64,000 nucleotides of DNA from Longimicrobiales bacterium. Its GTDB lineage: Bacteria; Gemmatimonadota; Gemmatimonadetes; Longimicrobiales; Gaopeijiaceae. Below are positions 60,899 to 64,000 of this stretch, piece by piece; within the stretch, counting starts at the first letter, position 1; each line of letters opens with the position of its first letter. Location of the stretch: the NCBI GenBank assembly GCA_965202805.1, contig OZ241869.1, positions 1,600,001 through 1,664,000 of the forward strand, in the 5' to 3' direction. The notes under the pieces were generated by a model. That model was not told the origin of the DNA and did not search any database. It was given only the letters and a program-made list of their open reading frames with translations. The position numbers and the translations under genes are program-made.

Positions 60899-62101
60899 CT
60901 ACAGGGTGCCGGCGAAGGTCCGAATGCGGGCCATCGACTCGATGATGCGGGCTTCGGGACACAGGAGCGACACCCGCACCCAGTTGCGCCATCGCTCCCC
61001 GAAGGAGGCTCCGGGGAACATCAGCACGCCCGCCTCGTCGAGCAGGCGGTAGCAGAAGTTCTCCGCGTCCATCCCGAAGCGCGACACGTCCGCCCACATG
61101 AACAGGCCTCCCCCGTGAGGACCGTGCGGGACACCCAGGTCGGCGAAGCCGTCGATCAGCACCTGGCGCCGGCGTCGATACCTGGCCAGATAGCCCGGAC
61201 GCGGATCCGGATCGGCCTCCAGGGCCGCGAGGGCGGTGTATTGCGAGAACGCCGGACAAGGGCCGGAAGTCGTGCTCTTGATGGCCTCCACCGCGTCGAT
61301 GAAGGCGGGCGGGCCGATCAGGTAGCCTACCCTGAAGCCGGTCATCGCATAGGCCTTGGAGAATCCCGAAAGGACGACCGAGCGCCCGCGGGCGCCGTCC
61401 GCGGCGAGCAGCGAAAGGAAGGGCTCCTCGCGGAAGACCACGTCTTCGTAGATCTCGTCGGACACCACCACCATGTCGAGGTCGCTTGCGGCCCGGGCCA
61501 GATCGCGGACGCCCCGCGGGCCGACGCAGGCGCCCGTCGGGTTCGAAGGATTCACGAAGACGAGCAGCTTGCATCCCTGCGCGTGCCGCCGGAGTTCGTC
61601 GCTCCCGAGCTCGAAGGGCCGGTCGCCTCCGGTGGGGACCGGCACGATGTCGCCGCCCGCGGTCCCGATCGCCTGGTCGTAGGAGCTGTAGCGCGGGTCC
61701 TGGCAGGCTACCCGGTCGCCCGGATCGACGAGCGCCAGCATGGCGAGGAAGAGGCCCTCCTGGGCGCCGTTGGTGATGGCGATCTCGGTGGCGGGATCGA
61801 CGTCCACGCCCTTCTCGCGTGCGTAGCGGCGGGCGATGCCCTCACGCAGCGGGAGCAGGCCGCGCACCGGTCCTTCGTCCGATCCGACCATCCCCGCGCC
61901 CATCGCGTCGGCGAAACGGGCCAGGCCGCCCTCGACGATGTCCGGTCGGGTGTGCAGGTCGGGATCGCCGCGCCCCAGCGAGATGACGTTCTCTCTTTCA
62001 CGCGCGAGCGCCATCATCTTGTAGCGTAGCGAGGTGGCGGCCTCACCCTTGCGCAGCGACGCGTAGCCCGCGCGTTCCCCGGACTTCATCGCGGCGCTCA
62101 T
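60899..62101 (-). CDS. Class I/II PLP-dependent aminotransferase
   Basis: ISLGRGDPD, NPSNPTG, SDEIY, GFSKAYAMTGFRVG, PGASFG. Confidence 0.92.
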   Translation of the reverse strand: MSAAMKSGERAGYASLRKGEAATSLRYKMMALARERENVISLGRGDPDLHTRPDIVEGGLARFADAMGAGMVGSDEGPVRGLLPLREGIARRYAREKGVDVDPATEIAITNGAQEGLFLAMLALVDPGDRVACQDPRYSSYDQAIGTAGGDIVPVPTGGDRPFELGSDELRRHAQGCKLLVFVNPSNPTGACVGPRGVRDLARAASDLDMVVVSDEIYEDVVFREEPFLSLLAADGARGRSVVLSGFSKAYAMTGFRVGYLIGPPAFIDAVEAIKSTTSGPCPAFSQYTALAALEADPDPRPGYLARYRRRRQVLIDGFADLGVPHGPHGGGLFMWADVSRFGMDAENFCYRLLDEAGVLMFPGASFGERWRNWVRVSLLCPEARIIESMARIRTFAGTL

Positions 62102-62967
62102 GGGCGTACCCCCAATGCCCACAGCGCGGCGCGCTGCGAGGGGGCCGGCGAGCAGATCGACGAGGCCTGCTTCCACTTCGCGATGCGCGGGCGCACGGCA
62201 ACCGGAGCGGCGACGAAGCCGAGGGAGAAGGGGTGCATCCCCTCCAGGCCGTCCAGCGAGCCGATCACGATGGCGTCGGCGGGGACGACGGCGGGCGCGC
62301 TCGGGACCGGCGACCCGGCTCCGGGGCTGCTGGACGAAGACGGATCGTCGCGCACGTGGCCGGACGCTGACGAGGCCCGAGGGCTGCCGGCGGCAAACAG
62401 CCGGTTGCCGATGGCGTGTACCTGCGTGAGCCCCGGGGGGTCGGACCCGTTCCCGTTTTCCGGGGTTTCCGCCCCGGCTCGGTACTCGATGAGGTGAAAC
62501 GCCGCCTCGGATTCAGACGCCGCATCTGTGCCCGGCTCGATCACGCACACCCGCATCCAGTCGAGCAGGCGCTGATGACGGCCCCCGGCTTGGGCGACAA
62601 TGGTCGCCCCCTCTCCACCGCCGAGGCCCAGGACGATCGCGAAAAGCGACTCTCCTTCTCCCTGGGTAATGAGCACGCCATCGGGCTCGCGCGCGGGGAA
62701 GCCCACGGCGGGAAGGGCCTCGCCTACGCGACTGCGCAGTTCCCCCATGCCGGGGCGGTCCGGGTAGTGGGTCTCTCCGGCGAGCAGGTGGTGGCGTAAA
62801 CCGGCCAGCAAGCCCTCGCTCGGACCTGATCGAGCGGGTGCGGATAATGGGGCCGACTTGGCGCTCGCAAAGGACTTCACCGCTGCGCTGGCCCGCTGCG
62901 AGACGGCCGCCTCTGCGGCCGTCGCCGTGGTTCCGGCAGGTGCGCCTCCGTTGCTGAACTCGGTCAT
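62098..62967 (-). CDS. Degenerate aminotransferase class I/II-like protein
   Basis: THYPDRPGMGELR, VLITQG, and C-terminal GFVAAP...SICSPAPSQRAAL resemble class I aminotransferases, but no NPTG, DEIY or SK; ATGA overlaps at both ends. Confidence 0.6.
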   Translation of the reverse strand: MTEFSNGGAPAGTTATAAEAAVSQRASAAVKSFASAKSAPLSAPARSGPSEGLLAGLRHHLLAGETHYPDRPGMGELRSRVGEALPAVGFPAREPDGVLITQGEGESLFAIVLGLGGGEGATIVAQAGGRHQRLLDWMRVCVIEPGTDAASESEAAFHLIEYRAGAETPENGNGSDPPGLTQVHAIGNRLFAAGSPRASSASGHVRDDPSSSSSPGAGSPVPSAPAVVPADAIVIGSLDGLEGMHPFSLGFVAAPVAVRPRIAKWKQASSICSPAPSQRAALWALGVRP

Positions 62968-63791
62968 CCGACAGCCTCCGGCGTGTATTCGGCGATTTCG
63001 TGAATGCGGTTCATCACTTCCAGCACACCCCACTGCTCCAGTCCTCGGGTCAACGTCCAGGCGTCGAAGCGGCAGCCACTGATCTGGCCGCGCAGTCCGG
63101 CGAGAAAGAGGAACGCGGGACCCAGTTTAGCAGGATCGCGCCATCGGGCGCGCGCTGCCGCATCCGCGCGTTCCGCATCGCGCTGCGTCAGGGAGGTCGG
63201 CTTGATGGAAAGCCCGGGCGTCACCGTGTTCGCGCTGATCGGTGACCCAGCCAGCTCCAGTGCGAGGCATCTCGTGAATGCCTCCATGCCGAATTTCGAT
63301 GCGCAGTATGCAGCCTGGCGCTCAAAGGCGCCGGTCCCCGCACGCGACGAGACGTTGATCACCGAACCGCCCTCGTCTTCCAGTAGCGGCAGAAGGTCCC
63401 GGGTCAGAAACACGGGCGCCTCGAGATTCACGCTCATGATCCGCCGCCAGTGTGCGGCGTCCAGCGAAACGACGGGCTCACGTTCCAGCACGCCGGCGTT
63501 GTTGACGATGACGCGCAACTTCAGGGCCTGCTCGCGGAGGGTTCTCACCAGGCCCTTCCGTTCATCCTCGCGCCCGAGATCCGCGGCGAGAATGCGTGCT
63601 TCGCCCCCCGCCGCGCGGATGTCGGTTGCGGTCCACTCGAGTTCCTCCGGCATCTCCGACACCAGCCACACCCGTGCGCCCGCAACGGCCATCGCCTGCG
63701 CAACGCCTCGACCCAGCCCGCGGCCCGAGCCGGTCACGAGGACGTCGATCCCCTCGACGCCTACCAGGGGGTGATCGGTGGACGCGGGCAT
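62964..63791 (-). CDS. SDR family oxidoreductase
   Basis: TGSGRGLG, NNAG, NVSS, YCASK. Confidence 0.92.
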   Translation of the reverse strand: MPASTDHPLVGVEGIDVLVTGSGRGLGRGVAQAMAVAGARVWLVSEMPEELEWTATDIRAAGGEARILAADLGREDERKGLVRTLREQALKLRVIVNNAGVLEREPVVSLDAAHWRRIMSVNLEAPVFLTRDLLPLLEDEGGSVINVSSRAGTGAFERQAAYCASKFGMEAFTRCLALELAGSPISANTVTPGLSIKPTSLTQRDAERADAAARARWRDPAKLGPAFLFLAGLRGQISGCRFDAWTLTRGLEQWGVLEVMNRIHEIAEYTPEAVG

Positions 63792-63872
63792 GCTTTTGTC
63801 GAGAGCTGTGCGGACGTTGGTTCGAGGGAGGTGCAGCTACCCCGAGGCGGTGCTGTGGATGCGATCTCGACC

Positions 63873-64000
63873 TTAGCCCAGAAGCAGGTTCACGGCGTGT
63901 GCACACGCGACGCCCAAGTAGTTCCCGAGCGCGTATCCGAAGATGCCCACGATGACTGCGGGAGCCACCAGTTTGTGCCATTTCATCGCCATGCCGATGG
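63873..64000 (-). CDS. C-terminal part of a DUF819-like membrane protein, truncated by the window edge
   Basis: Manual translation ...GMAMKWHKLVAPAVIVGIFGYALGNYLGVACAHAVNLLLG*. Confidence 0.6.
   Translation of the reverse strand, partial: IGMAMKWHKLVAPAVIVGIFGYALGNYLGVACAHAVNLLLG

Overview
A very GC-rich, gene-dense 64 kb chromosomal window with about 47 CDSs. I saw no rRNA, tRNA, CRISPR array, transposase or prophage. The gene content (short SusD plus SusC, DUF1592/DUF1552/ankyrin cassette, BNR-repeat glycosyl hydrolase, many secreted amidohydrolases and peptidases) resembles Gemmatimonadota; this is inference only. Main blocks: (1) M28 peptidase, a 5'-truncated epimerase relic, a NatAB-like ABC pair, and a lipid phosphatase/kinase pair; (2) M16 protease, DNA repair genes (ada/ogt-type, xth, mutM, PA0069 radical SAM, flap endonuclease) and a membrane-anchored DtxR-FeoA-FeoA fusion with feoB under a sigma70 promoter overlapped by two TTAGG-N4-CCTAA boxes; (3) a minus-strand run of secreted hydrolases, an NHL protein, a diheme DUF1592 protein, Tat-exported DUF1552, an ankyrin protein ending in CxxC, SusC and SusD, which is the best candidate for an uncharacterised periplasmic system; (4) kynA, a TonB receptor and an ABC exporter; (5) two convergent catabolic clusters: tandem VOC/Ldh_2/deacylase versus DUF819/SDR/pseudo-aminotransferase/aminotransferase/Prx/hydA/class V PLP enzyme. 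Non-coding highlights: two copies 51 kb apart of a 49-bp covarying palindrome, several candidate operators, and probable ATC and CTG start codons. All calls come from motif recognition by eye; no searches were run.
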